Below the pieces are notes generated by a model that saw only the letters and a program-made list of their open reading frames with translations, was not told the origin of the DNA and did not search any database. Below are positions 50,983 through 62,932 of a stretch of DNA of 64,000 bases, in pieces. How positions within the stretch are numbered: the stretch's first letter is position 1; each line of letters opens with the position of its first letter. A program made the position numbers and the translations under genes. The DNA comes from Eledone cirrhosa (Eukaryota), in contig OZ024740.1 in NCBI GenBank assembly GCA_964016885.1, positions 196,044,001 through 196,108,000 of the forward strand, read 5' to 3'.

Positions 50983-51611
50983 CTAGCAGAATGGTCCGGT
51001 GTTGCTCGGGATTTGCTCTAGGGTTCTTATATATTTGATACATATTTATCCTTATCGAGCCTCGTGAAATAAATACGTTTGTTTATATTTTGTTACTGTG
51101 TATGCAAAAATATCTGTACACGAATATATAATTATATATATATATATATATTAAAATAACAGATTAAAGTTTAAGCAAAGAATCGCTGCTTTCACCCTTA
51201 ATGGGATCTTCTGAAACTAAAAAAATCAATCTGTGAACGCAGAAGTAAATATTTCGAAAAACGTTTATATATATAACGTTCGAAAAACGTGTATATATAT
51301 ATACACACACTATATATATACATATATACACACACACACACAGAGATAGCGTCATAATGTTGTAATGCAGACAGCCAGACATACAGACAGATATTATGTA
51401 TCTATCTAAAAAGGAAGACTAAGAATTATAGAGAGAGATCGCTAAATCGCCTAATGCGGTCCCTAGGGCATTGAAAATTTGAAATATATTTTGCTCAAAA
51501 CACTCACAGGACCATAAGTATTACATGTGTAAAGTTTGAAAACAATCAGTTCGGTGGTTCTCGAGTTTTAGGGAGCTGACAGACAGACATTCTCTGTTTT
51601 AGATATATAGA
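50983..51611 (-). mobile_element. non-autonomous Helitron, copy 2
   Basis: A|TCTATATATC...CCGAGCAACACCGG hairpin...CTAG|T; shares internal blocks with 16376-17262. Confidence 0.82.
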
Positions 51612-51612
51612 T

Positions 51613-51825
51613 GATTTCTACTATAGGCACAAGGCCAGCAATTTTAGGGGGGGGGGGGGGGTCAATTAAATTGACCTCAGTGCATTACTGGTACTTTATT
51701 TTATTGACCCCATAAGGCAAAGCCAACCTTGGTAAAATTTGAACTCAGAACGTAAAGGGGCGTGACTCTATGCTGCTAAGCATGTTGTCCAATGCTCTAC
51801 CGATTCTGCCAATACACTGCCCTTC
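51613..51825 (-). mobile_element. SINE family 1
   Basis: Full-length copy with a poly-G tract. Confidence 0.85.
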
Positions 51826-52281
51826 ATTTTAGTTAAAATAATGGAAACTACTTCCACACCGTTGTATTTGATTGCTGGTTTAATTTACATTCAGCATAAC
51901 AAGAAATACATACATGTATCATACATCTCTACATGTACTCAGATAAACATGTAGTCATACAGACATATATTGTTGGAGGGAAATGGCTGGGTAAGGTATT
52001 AGATACACAGTTAATTGACCAGGAGTTCAAATCTATTATAGACATTTCATTATCTTTTCAGGAAAAACAATTCACTGTACATGGCCTCAGTTAACCTAGT
52101 TGTAGTGCATCTGTAACATTGTTTCTAGATAAAGATCAATGGATCTGATCATCTATTGATACATGCCTCTGATCACAAAAGAACAAGCAATTAATTTTAC
52201 TTATTACACCAGTGTGTGGAATAAATAATATTATAAATGTGTTATATATATACATAATGATGAATCTATTATACATACATA

Positions 52282-52599
52282 AATTGTTTCTACTTTTGGC
52301 ACAAGGCCAGCAATTACCCAGTGTATTACTGGTACTTTATTTTATCGACCCCCATAAGGATGAAAGGCAAAGTTAACCTTGGCGGGATTTGAACTCAGAA
52401 TGAAAATTAATGCTTTATTATCAGTATTGGTAGAGTTTCAGACACCATGCTTTGCAGCATATAGTTATGACCCTTTACGTTCTGAGTTCAAATCCTGCCA
52501 AGGTTAACTTTGCTTTCCATCCTTACGGGGGTCGATAAAATGAAGCACCAGTAATGCACTGGAGTAATTGCTGGCCTTGTGCCAAAAGTAGAAACAATT
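52282..52599. repeat. inverted pair of SINE family 1 copies
   Basis: 52282-52400 is the reverse complement of ~52480-52599. Confidence 0.9.
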
Positions 52600-53309
52600 A
52601 TTTTATACACACTTTATATATAAACATCTAAAATACCTTTGGACATTATCAAAGCACAAAAATTAAATATAGTGTAAGCTGCTTATCATGATCACTTTGA
52701 AACAGAGTCTTTCAAATAACAATTATTGGCTGATAACATTAAGCAGAGAGCATAACAATTTCCTAGGTGAATCAGAGCTCACTAATTTTGATAACAATAA
52801 TTGTTTGATAATATGTGATTATAATAAGTGGCTTCTGCTGTGTAGACTTTTTCATAACTCTTACTAAATAATATCTATATAGTTGCTCAACCTGCTGAAA
52901 TAGCAGCCAAATCTCCTTCATATCACATCATAGCATCATTAAAAAGGGAAAGACACATTAGATAATGTTGCCCTGGATACACTCTGCCTTAAAAACAGAC
53001 AGTATAATCATAGCTGGAATGCCTTTCATAATGGTTTTGATTTGATGCTAAACAGCAACAACTAAAATTATATTTAAATTCTTTTGAAACAATGTCACTT
53101 CTCAGTGTTTTTTTTTCCTACATCTTTCTTTACAACATAGTTTCTGATCTCCACACCTATTTTCACTTACATTTCTCAAAACATTGTGTTATGTAGGGTC
53201 AATCTGTTAATCTCATTGGAACATAACTAAACACTTCTTAGTGTAGTGTATCTATGGCAAATCATATTAACAGATCCTGTCCCTTCTTAGATATAATCAA
53301 AGAAAGAAT

Positions 53310-54982
53310 TGAATTCAGCACTCGAAACTAACAACTATGGAATTTACACCTGCAATTCTGCGACGTCACCTTAAAAATAAACGCAACCATGCCTCTCCTG
53401 GTCTTGATGGTGTTACATACCTGCTTCTCAAATGTGGTGGGTACTTCCTTCTGCACCATCTATCACGCTTCTTCCAATTCTGTCTGAACAACGGTGCTAC
53501 TCTAGAACAGTGGAAAACTGCCAGTGTCATTCCTCTGTTCAAAAAGGGTGACCGCACATCCCCTGTGAACTATCGTCCAGTCAGTCTTACTAGCTGCATT
53601 GCCAGACTGATGGAATCCTGTGTCAGAGAAACGCTTTGGAACTTCTGAAACTCTCACAGTCTTATCCGGCCCTTGCAATTTGGATTTATCCCCAACTCCA
53701 GCTGCTGTGATCAACTTATCGAGTTTCTTGAAGACATCACCCGGATCACTGACAGCGGCTCATGGGTGGATGTTGTTTACCTTCACTTAACTAAAGCTTT
53801 CAATTCTGTACCACACAAAAGATTTATGACAAAACTCTCTGCAATGGGTGTGAAGGATGATCTTTTTAACTAGTTGAAGTCCTTCATTCTCAGTCGAAGA
53901 GTGGTTCTAGGACAGCATTCCTCACCATATGAGATGTCATCTGGTGTACCACAGGGACCTGTTCTTGGCCCCCTTTTGTTTGTGGCATATATTAATGACA
54001 TAGATGCCAACTTAAAGAATGCCACAGTACTGAAATATGCAGATGACATTAAGCTGTACCTTGAGATAAAAAGGACAGATCCTGAACACTATAGATCTTG
54101 CCTGCAATCTGACTTGGACACAATGCAACAATGGATCACAGACTGGCAACTCAAGCTAGCTGTGGACAAGTGCACCACCATGCATTTTGGGAGTAAAAAC
54201 CCAGCATCCACATACTCCCTCCACAGCAACTAATATCAAGAAGCCTTCTTTTGAACGTGACCTGGGCATTACGGTCAGCAGCGATTTGTGTTGGATGAAG
54301 CACATCTCTAAAATTGTCAAGAATGCCGAGGGTGTCTTAGCATCACTCAGCAAGACCTTTGTCAGCCGCTCTCCAGCTATCTATTTAAGGCTGTACACGG
54401 CTATGGCGCGGCCACACTTAGAATTTGCATCACCAGTCTGGAACCCCTATCTTGCTCAGAACATTGACTGCCTGGAAACTGTTCAGAGACATGCAACCAA
54501 GCGAATACCCTCCATCAGGCATCTACCATACTCTGAACGCTTTGCTTCCCTGGGCATGGACACATTGTAGCTCTGACGCCTGGCAACTGACTTGGTAAAC
54601 ACCCACAAAACTATTAACCATCTTGCCAACAACAACCCTGAGTACCTTTTTGATTTCCATGTGTCTAACACACGTGGGAATGCCCACAAAGTCAGAAAAA
54701 AGCACAGCTTCCCATGACTTTCGGAAACATTTTTTCACGCTCAGAGTTGCATCAGTTGTTAGCTGTCGAGACACTGCATCCTTTAAAACCTCCATTCTTC
54801 CTGAGATTTGCCAACACTACACCTAATGTTCCCCCTCCATACACATACACACATGTATATCATGACTCATACACTATTCACTTCCCTGACATTTGTATAT
54901 TATTCTATGTACTATACATGCACCTTTGACGAGTTGTAGTGCACCTGAGCACTTTACACAATAATTTCATTATTATTATTAT
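53310..54982 (+). mobile_element. CR1-type LINE, 5'-truncated and decayed
   Basis: SPGLDG, PLFKKGD, NYRPVSLTS, KAFNSVPH, GVPQGPVLGPLLF, YADD, RPHLEFASPVWNP; stops and frameshifts; (ATT)n tail. Confidence 0.93.
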
Positions 54983-55093
54983 AAAACTCATTTCAATTAT
55001 GCAGGGCTGCCACTAATAGAAGCAGTTAATTATTCATATTCTGTAGCACTTATGTTACTTTGTAAACATTTGAAAGTTAGTATCTTAGCTACA

Positions 55094-55425
55094 GGGCAGC
55101 GAATGGGCAGAGTTGTTCCAACGTCCAATAGAATGCTTTGTGGTATTTGTTTCAGTTCTCTTCTCTCTGAGTTCTAATCCTGCTGAGGTCAACTTTGCCT
55201 TTCACCCTTTCGAGGTCTATAAAAAAAGTACCAGTCTAGTACTGGGGTGTATTCTTCTTTTATATCTCTTTCTCACTTCATTTCTGCCATTCTCTCTATT
55301 CTTCTCTGGAAGAAATCTGCTTTATTCAGACCTAGAGAGGAGATGTGCTCCACCAGGTTTTAAAATGCCTTAGAAACGCCATATTTCAATATGGCACCCC
55401 TACAACTCCTTCAGGAGTTATGAGA
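55094..55425 (+). mobile_element. old SINE with extended CT-rich 3' part
   Basis: Collinear with 1810-2105. Confidence 0.6.
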
Positions 55426-55568
55426 CAAAAAAAAAGAACAAAAAAAGAATCTTAGCTATACATACAACTTACAACTGAACTACTGGAGAAAGGATATGAT
55501 CTGCTAACCATTCAACTGGAGTTTTCTAGTTCTTAAATTAGCACATCAAGATATTAAATTATTCCTAA

Positions 55569-55785
55569 CCCTTTAGCATTTACATTACTCTATATTTACT
55601 ATTGTATTTTCAGATAAAAGGCTTTATTTCACATATCTCAAACAATATCGAATTTATGAGATTTTGATGTTATTTATTTAGAGAACAATACCTTAACATC
55701 AGTATAAGCAACCAGTTACAACCATTTTGAACCGAAAAAGCTGAGCGAATTCTGGCCAGATACGGCCAGTTTAAATGCTAAAGGG
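55569..55785 (+). mobile_element. piggyBac-type MITE copy 6
   Basis: CTAA CCCTTTAGCATTTA ... TAAATGCTAAAGGG TTAA. Confidence 0.9.
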
Positions 55786-56091
55786 TTAAGATATTGAGAT
55801 ATTCTTAAACAAGAAATCTGATCTGAATGCTTACAACAGAGTGAACTCTGCTAAAAACATCCAAGGGCAGATGGTGGCATTAAAGTGGATGACCTTCTCC
55901 AATTTTCTCTCTATCTTCTAATTATTTATAATCCTTACAGAATGAAAATATACACACAAATAATATACACAATACTTTATACATAAATATTTCACATAAA
56001 AATATAGAATCAAATGAAAGAAAATATTAATTCAACACAGTATCAATCAGTCACATACCCCAGGGGGTGCCAGATCCTCCTTCTAATATTT

Positions 56092-56420
56092 TTAAAGGTA
56101 AGCCAACACACTTGCAGTGTTACCGTGAGTGATAGCAAGGCTAAGGCACTGGAATAACCAAACATCCTTGAGAACATCACTAGATACTTCAATAAGGTGA
56201 GGCACCAACAATGACAAGAACTTCATTGTCAGTGGCCCAGCTCCCCCAAAGGTCTCAAATACCAGAGGCTGGAAAAAAGAGTTTATTGATAATTCCTGGT
56301 ATTTTAGAATTTTATACTGTTTGGCTACAGAAGCAGTGACCCTTACATTTACCGCAACATTCAGGATGTGGGAAGAAGCCGACTGAATGTAGCATCCCAA
56401 ATGAAAGATCTTTCATTATA
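56092..56420 (-). mobile_element. CRE-like RLE fragment
   Basis: RSFIWDAT, then KYQEL...FQPLVFETFGGAGP...WLFQCLSLAITHGNTASVL. Confidence 0.72.
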
Positions 56421-56575
56421 AATGAATTAAAAACATATATTCAAACATACTGCTATAATTTATCTTAAAAACTAGAATTGCACAATTAAAAACAATATAC
56501 TATTGTAAAAATTTTACAGTTATGTCATTAAAAGAAATTAAAAAGAGCACAAATATATATATATATATATATATA

Positions 56576-58645
56576 TCATCATCATCATCATCATCATCAA
56601 CGTTTAACGTCCGTGTTCCACGCTTGCATGGGTTTGGACGGGGGTAGTCCCACTTGAGGCAAGAGTGATTGTCTTGCTCGCATAGGACTGTCTGGCAGGT
56701 TTTCTACAGTTGGATGCCCTTCCTAACACCAACCACATTTACAGTGTGGGTCTGGGAGGTTTTTACCGTGTTGCCTACACGGCCACATTACAGCGTGGAC
56801 TGTGTGTTTTTTTGTCGTGACACCTACACGATCTCATTTGTTTCGGCCCGGATGGCGCGGCACCAACATAACTTTACATAGGACGGGGTGGTGTGGATGG
56901 GGTGGGGGTGGTGGTGGTGGGACGGGGTGTATTTTGTTAGAGATGCCTACTGGCAAGGCGGGTCTTCTCTGTTACTGAGTACCGCCAAAGGTCTCGGTCC
57001 AGTGACATTGTCTTGGAGAGGTGTAAGTGTGTGAGGTCGGAGTTTATCAGCTCGTCCCAGGTTTTTCTAGGTCTGCCTATTCCGTGGCTACCGTCTATCT
57101 TTATTGCCCTGCACTTTGTTATACAGCTATCGACTTTCATGCGCATCACGTGTCCATACCAACGTAGCCTTCTCTCGAGTAAACAACATCTGATCCCTCT
57201 TATCTCTAATTTTTTTCTTAGTTCGTTTATGCTTTGCCGTTCACGTATATTACTGTTACACATCCAGCGGAGCATGCAAGCTTCGTTCCTCTCTAGTCTG
57301 CGTATATCCTCTGCACACAATGCCCAGGTCTCACTGCCATGCAACATTGCTGTTCGTATGCAGGCATCGTACAACCTGCCTTTCATTTTTAGGGAGAACC
57401 CTTTAGCAGCTAATAGTGGTATAAGCTCTCTGAACTTTTTCCAACCAGTTCTGACTCTAGCTACAGTACTTTCAGAGCACCCTCCCCCACTGCTGATTTT
57501 ATCGCCCAGGTAACGGAAGCTGTCCACTATTTCTATAGTACCCTCTGCGCAATTGAAAGAGCTAGTATTGTGTGGGCACTTGCTGCTACTTATTGCACCA
57601 GAACACCGGCCACATGTAAAATCTATGTTCTTAGTTAGCTTACCTGTGATCCCACTACATCTTTTATGCACCCATACTTTGCATTTAGGACACAAAATGG
57701 AGTTTCTACCTACGCCTTTCCTACACACCGAGCACGACCATTTCCCAGAAGGGACCGCCGCCTTGTTTTCTTTCCTACAAACTAGAACTTTGGTCTTAGC
57801 CAGGTTAATTTTAAGTCCTTTTGACTCTAGGCCGTGCTTCCATGTTTGGAATTTCTTCTCTAGCTCGGCCATTGATTCCGCTATGAGTGTCAGGTCGTCT
57901 GCGTATAGGAGTTCCCATGGGCAGCCTGTCTTGAACTCCTCTGTTATAGCCTGAAGGGCAATAATAAATAGTAGGGGGCTGAGAACAGAGCCCTGATGGA
58001 CGCCAACTTTTACGCTAAACTCTTCACTATATTCGTTGTTAATTCTAACCTTGCTGACTGTTTCTTTATACATGGCTTGTATAGCCCTCACAAGCCATTC
58101 GTCAACGCCTAGTTTTCTAAGAGCCCACCAGATAATGGAGCGGGGGACTCTGTCGAAGGCTTTCTCCAAGTCGACAAAAGCTAAGTAGAGGGGTTTACCT
58201 TTAGCTAGGTACTTCTCCTGTAGTTGTCGTACTATGAAAAGAGCGTCTGTGGTACTTTTGCCTGACACAAACCCGAACTGCATTTCATCTAGGTCAATTC
58301 TCTCTCTGATTAGTTGCGCTATTACTTTTTCTGTGACCTTCATGACCTGGTCGATTAATTTAATGCCTCTATAGTTACTCCTATCTAGGGCGTCTCCTTT
58401 ACCCTTATAACAGTTAACGATGATGCTGCTATGCCAGTCCTTCGGAACAACCCCATTCTGTACGACTTGGTTAACTATGCGGGTGACCATGGTGTGTCCC
58501 ACCGTGCCAGATGCCTTCAGCATCTCAGCAACTATTTCCGAAGGCCCAGCCGCCTTACCTGTCTTCATATCCTTGATTGCCTTACTTATTATACTCCCCT
58601 CGACTAACACTGCTGGTCCCTCTATTGGGTCGACATGGGGGGGGG
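56576..58645 (-). mobile_element. RTE LINE subfamily B, 5'-truncated, inside (TA)n
   Basis: Near-identical by eye to 26182-28260; uninterrupted RT+PHD-like frame; (TA)n on both sides. Confidence 0.95.
56937..58640 (-). CDS. RTE ORF2 reverse transcriptase (partial, open frame)
   Basis: All RT motifs intact. The first ~20 aa of the ORF-track call come from flanking microsatellite. Confidence 0.8.
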   Translation of the reverse strand, partial: PHVDPIEGPAVLVEGSIISKAIKDMKTGKAAGPSEIVAEMLKASGTVGHTMVTRIVNQVVQNGVVPKDWHSSIIVNCYKGKGDALDRSNYRGIKLIDQVMKVTEKVIAQLIRERIDLDEMQFGFVSGKSTTDALFIVRQLQEKYLAKGKPLYLAFVDLEKAFDRVPRSIIWWALRKLGVDEWLVRAIQAMYKETVSKVRINNEYSEEFSVKVGVHQGSVLSPLLFIIALQAITEEFKTGCPWELLYADDLTLIAESMAELEKKFQTWKHGLESKGLKINLAKTKVLVCRKENKAAVPSGKWSCSVCRKGVGRNSILCPKCKVWVHKRCSGITGKLTKNIDFTCGRCSGAISSSKCPHNTSSFNCAEGTIEIVDSFRYLGDKISSGGGCSESTVARVRTGWKKFRELIPLLAAKGFSLKMKGRLYDACIRTAMLHGSETWALCAEDIRRLERNEACMLRWMCNSNIRERQSINELRKKLEIRGIRCCLLERRLRWYGHVMRMKVDSCITKCRAIKIDGSHGIGRPRKTWDELINSDLTHLHLSKTMSLDRDLWRYSVTEKTRLASRHL

Positions 58646-58908
58646 GGGGTCGACATATATATATATATATATATATTACCAGGAACTCATCTTGTTTCAG
58701 CAAACTGGGTGACTTAATAAAAAGTCACATCAGCTGGAATTAAATGAAGGTTGGCCCAAATTTGTTCAGATTAAATATACTGGTAGTGATAACAATTTTT
58801 ATCTAAGCAATATGACCATTCAGTGGTTCAATACGGAATTATAGAAACAGACTACTAGCTAACAATCAGTTAATATTCAGTAATAGTTCAATTCACAGTC
58901 ATATTTAA

Positions 58909-60098
58909 CTGTTTAGCATTTATATTACTCTATATATACTATTGTATTTTCACAGTAAAGGCTTTATCTCACATTAAAGCTTTTAATTCTGTGCCACACA
59001 CAAGACTTATGGCAAAACCCTCTGCAATGGGTGTGAGAGATGATCTTTTTAACTGGTTGAAGTCCTTCATTCTCAGTCAAAAAAAGGTAGTCATGGTTCT
59101 AGGACAGCATTCTTCACCCTATGAGATGTCATCTAGTGTGCTGCAGGGATCTGTTCTTGGTACCCATACTCCCTCCACAGCACTAATCTCAAGAAGTCTT
59201 ATGAACGTGACCTGGGCATTACTGTAAGCAGCGATTTGCATTGGACAAAGCACATCTCTAAAATTGTCAAGAAGGCCAAGGGTGTCTTGGCATCACTCAG
59301 CAAGACCTTTGTCAGCCGCTCTCCAGATATCTATTTAAAGTTGTATATAGTTATGGCACAGCCACACTTAGAATTTGCACCACCAGTTTGGAACCCCATC
59401 TTGCTCAGAATATTGACCTTCTGGAAACTGTTCAGAGACGTGCAACCAAGTAAATACCCTCCATCAGGCAGCTACCATACTTTGAATGCTTTGCTTCCTT
59501 GGGCATGGATACATTGAAGCTACGACGTCTGGCAACTGACTTGGTAAACACCCACAAAATTATTAACCATCTTGCCAACAACAACCCTGAGTACCTTTTT
59601 GATTTCCATGTGTCTAACACACGTGGGCATGCCCACAAAGTCAGAAAACAGCACAGCTTCCCATGACTTTCGGAAACATTTTTTCACGTTCAGAGTTGCT
59701 GAAGCACGAAAACAACCTGCATCAGTTGTTGGCTGCCGGGACACTGCATTCTTTGAAACCTCTATGCTTCCTGAAATTCGCCAACACTATACCTGTTATT
59801 CTCCCTCCATACACATGCACACATGTATATCATGACTCATACATTGTTCACTTTCTTTAAATTTGTACATTATTCTATGTACTTTGTATGCACCTTTGAT
59901 GAGTTGTAGTGCACCTGAGCACTGTATTCATTATTATTATCATTTTAATATCTCACATAATATTGAATCTATGAGATTTTTATATTATTTATTTTGAGAA
60001 CAATACCTTAACATAAGTATGAGTGGCTAGTTGTGGCTGGTTTGAACAGAAAGGCAAGAGAATTCTGGCCGGATATGGCCGGTTTAAATGCTAAATGG
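58909..60098 (+). mobile_element. piggyBac-type MITE copy 7, split by a CR1 fragment
   Basis: TTAA at both ends; halves at 58909-58974 and 59949-60098. Confidence 0.87.
58975..59948 (+). mobile_element. CR1-type LINE 3' fragment with 10-bp TSD
   Basis: Same family as 53310-54982, with an internal deletion at ~59160; TSD TATCTCACAT at 58965-58974 and 59949-59958. Confidence 0.92.
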
Positions 60099-60123
60099 TT
60101 AAGATTGAAGTTTTATTAATACT

Positions 60124-60298
60124 TGTTTCTACTTTAGGCACAAGGCCAGCAATTACCCAGTGCATTACTGGTACTTTATTTTATCGACCCCGTAAGGATG
60201 AAAGGCAAAGTCAACCTTGGCGGGATTTGAACTCAGATCGTAAAGGGACGTAACTATGCTTGAAAGCATGGCGTCCGACCCTCTACCGATACTGCCAA
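60124..60298 (-). mobile_element. SINE family 1
   Basis: Young-looking copy, head-to-head with an older plus-strand copy at ~60310-60525. Confidence 0.88.
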
Positions 60299-60954
60299 GC
60301 TGAATCAAAAGTGGTGAATTGATGGAAATGGTTGAGCATGGGACAAAATACCTTGCAGTATTTAGTTATGGCTCTTTACTTTCTGCATTCGAATCACATC
60401 AGAGTCAATTTTGCTTCTCATCCTTCTGGAATCGATAAGATAAAATACCTGTCTAGTGCTAGAGTTGATAAAATTCCTTATACCTCTCTATTCGAATCTG
60501 GGGCCTTATTCTTGTGTTAGAAATAAATACTGAGTCAAAATTTATATTGAATTAGAAAACAAGAGGAATTAGATGTTGCATGCAAGAGAGAAAGTTGCAA
60601 TGGTACAGGCATGTAAAGTGTATGGATCATGATTGTTGGGCGAAGAAGAGCCAGGCGTTCCATGTGGAAGGAAGTTATAGAGGAAGAAAACCAATAAATA
60701 CATGAGTAGATATGGTGAAAGCTGATCTCAAGAAAGAAATGTCAAAAGAAAGAAACAAGTGGAAACAGGTTGTACTGGAGAGAATTATTTAATCTATGGA
60801 AGCATGGAAAAATTGACGTAAAAACGATGATGGTGGTGGTGGTGGTGGTGGTGGTGGTGAGTGTTATAGAGTCTTAATTTAAAGAAAAAGAAAGATTTTA
60901 AGAAATACAATCAATGTCAGGCACAATAAATTCAAGTTATTATTAATCTTTTGA

Positions 60955-61640
60955 GAGCGGTGGATTGGCAATATTGGTAGAGCATCAGACAATATGCTTT
61001 ACAGCATAGAGTTACGGCCCTTTACGTTATGAGTTCAAATTCCGCCGAGGTTAGCTTTTCCATTCATCCTTACAGGGTTGGTAAAATAAAGCACTAGTAA
61101 TGCACTGGGGTCAATTTAATCAACTTTTCCCTCCCCAAAAATTGTTTTGTCTTGTGCCTAAATCTGAAACAATTATTATAAAGGGGGTGGGTTGGCAGAA
61201 TCGTTAGAGCATCAGGCAAATACTTTGTGGTATTTGTTCTTAATATTCTGAGTTCAAATCCCACCAAGGTCAACTTTGTCTTTCAGCTTTCCAGCGTCAA
61301 TAGAATAAAGTTCCAGTAAAGTACTGGGGTTGATTTAATCAACTTTGCCATTTCCCAAAACTTTGTTGGTTTTGTGCCTAAATTAGGAATGAATATTGTT
61401 ATTATTATTAATATTTTGAAAGGGTGGTTTATTGGCAGAATCATCAAAGCATTGGGAAAATGCTTTGTGGTATTTGTTCCAGATCTTTACGTTCTGAGTT
61501 AAAATCCTGTCACGGTCAACTTTGCCTTTCATCTTTCCAAAGTCAGTAAAACAAAGTACCGTGCAAGAAATGGGATCAATTTAATTAACTTTCCCCACCC
61601 TTCTCAAAATTGCTGGCCTTAAGCCTAAATTTATTATTAT
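60955..61640 (+). mobile_element. three tandem SINE family 1 copies
   Basis: Heads at ~60955, 61183 and 61421, each with A and B boxes, core and tail. Confidence 0.88.
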
Positions 61641-61714
61641 TTTGAGCAGAGAGAAAGTGTCTGAGTCAATAGATTGTTAAGCCTGTAAATAATTTACTAT
61701 CTTAGCACAGCTCA

Positions 61715-61945
61715 TAATTTTGCTAACAAATTTCCCTACTTCACTCGGGCCTGACTGACTACTTCCTCTTTGAACCGGTCTCCATCGAAACATCTAGTGT
61801 CCTTGGTCCCCGCACTGCTGATTTACTCCATAAACTCAGAAAGATGGCACCCAGCTTGAGGAGGTTGGGTGGCTGTTGCAGCGGGTGTTTCTGGCCATTC
61901 CCTGTTGTAATGCCTTAGCCATTTTATCTATGGCATACAGCTGAA
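61715..61945 (+). mobile_element. CRE-like RLE fragment
   Basis: GLTDYFLFEPVSIETSSVLGPRTADLL...GWLLQRVFLAIPCCNALAIL across a frameshift. Confidence 0.7.
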
Positions 61946-62932
61946 ACACAACTCACATTAGGGTGTAGTGTCTGTCCCCCCACCCTTTCTTTCATTGCTT
62001 TATTCTTTTTTCTTCTTATTTTCATTTCCTTTTTTACTTTCTTTTTTGTTCATTTTATTTTACAAACAGTTTTGTAAAATAAAATGAAACGCGAAAGAAA
62101 AAAAAACAATACAAAAAAACAAAAATCAATAAAATCAATATTAGTCATGTACTAAAGTCAATTCAATTAACTATGCTTTGGGCTTCAAGGAAAGAGGAGC
62201 ATAATTTTATTTGAATTAAATGTATTTGTCATTCCCATCAAATTTATTTTTACAGACTTTATATATGGGGGAAGGCACCTTAATCTTTTAAGTGCTTAGG
62301 GCCTCAAAGGGACTTAATCTGATCCTGCCTTGTCTTACAAATTTATAGGGGTGGGGATGCTAAGAAATCATTATTATTTCAGCTGCAACACACCAAGTCT
62401 TTATATCTGCTTATGTCACACTCTAAAGGATACTATCTATACATGCACCTTTGATGAGTTGTAGTGCACTTGAGCACTGTACACAATAATTTTCATTATC
62501 ATTTTTTTTTAATTCTTTTCAGGAATTCTTTCAATAATAGTTAGGGTCTCATAATGTAAATATCAGAGCTTTTATTTTGCAATTTTTCTAACAAAATATC
62601 TAAGTAGCACCCATCACAATCAATAGCTTAGTTTATCCATTTGAAAAGAATAGATTCTTAGATCTTTTGAAATTTATTATCATTGTATCCTAGGAGAAAT
62701 TCATATCTCATCAACTTAATTCTACAGGTCAGATCTAAATATGAACTTTTAGTTCAGAAGACAGTTATTAGAATTGTTTTATTCAGTTTTCTTTTAGCAT
62801 CAATGAGATATTGTTATATTTTGGTAGAGATGTCTGCTCTTTTGCCAATTCATCAATACACACACTTACTTATTTAATTGCTCATTGTTATCAATTTAAT
62901 CCAATGATGATGATCTTCATTTGCAGATTCTT

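Noticed and set aside
23329-58743. Long antisense ORFs over the RTE copies (e.g. 23329-23961, 26631-27131, 36187-36771, 57013-57513)
   Set aside because: Shadow frames of the RT coding strand, recurring only because the elements are copies.
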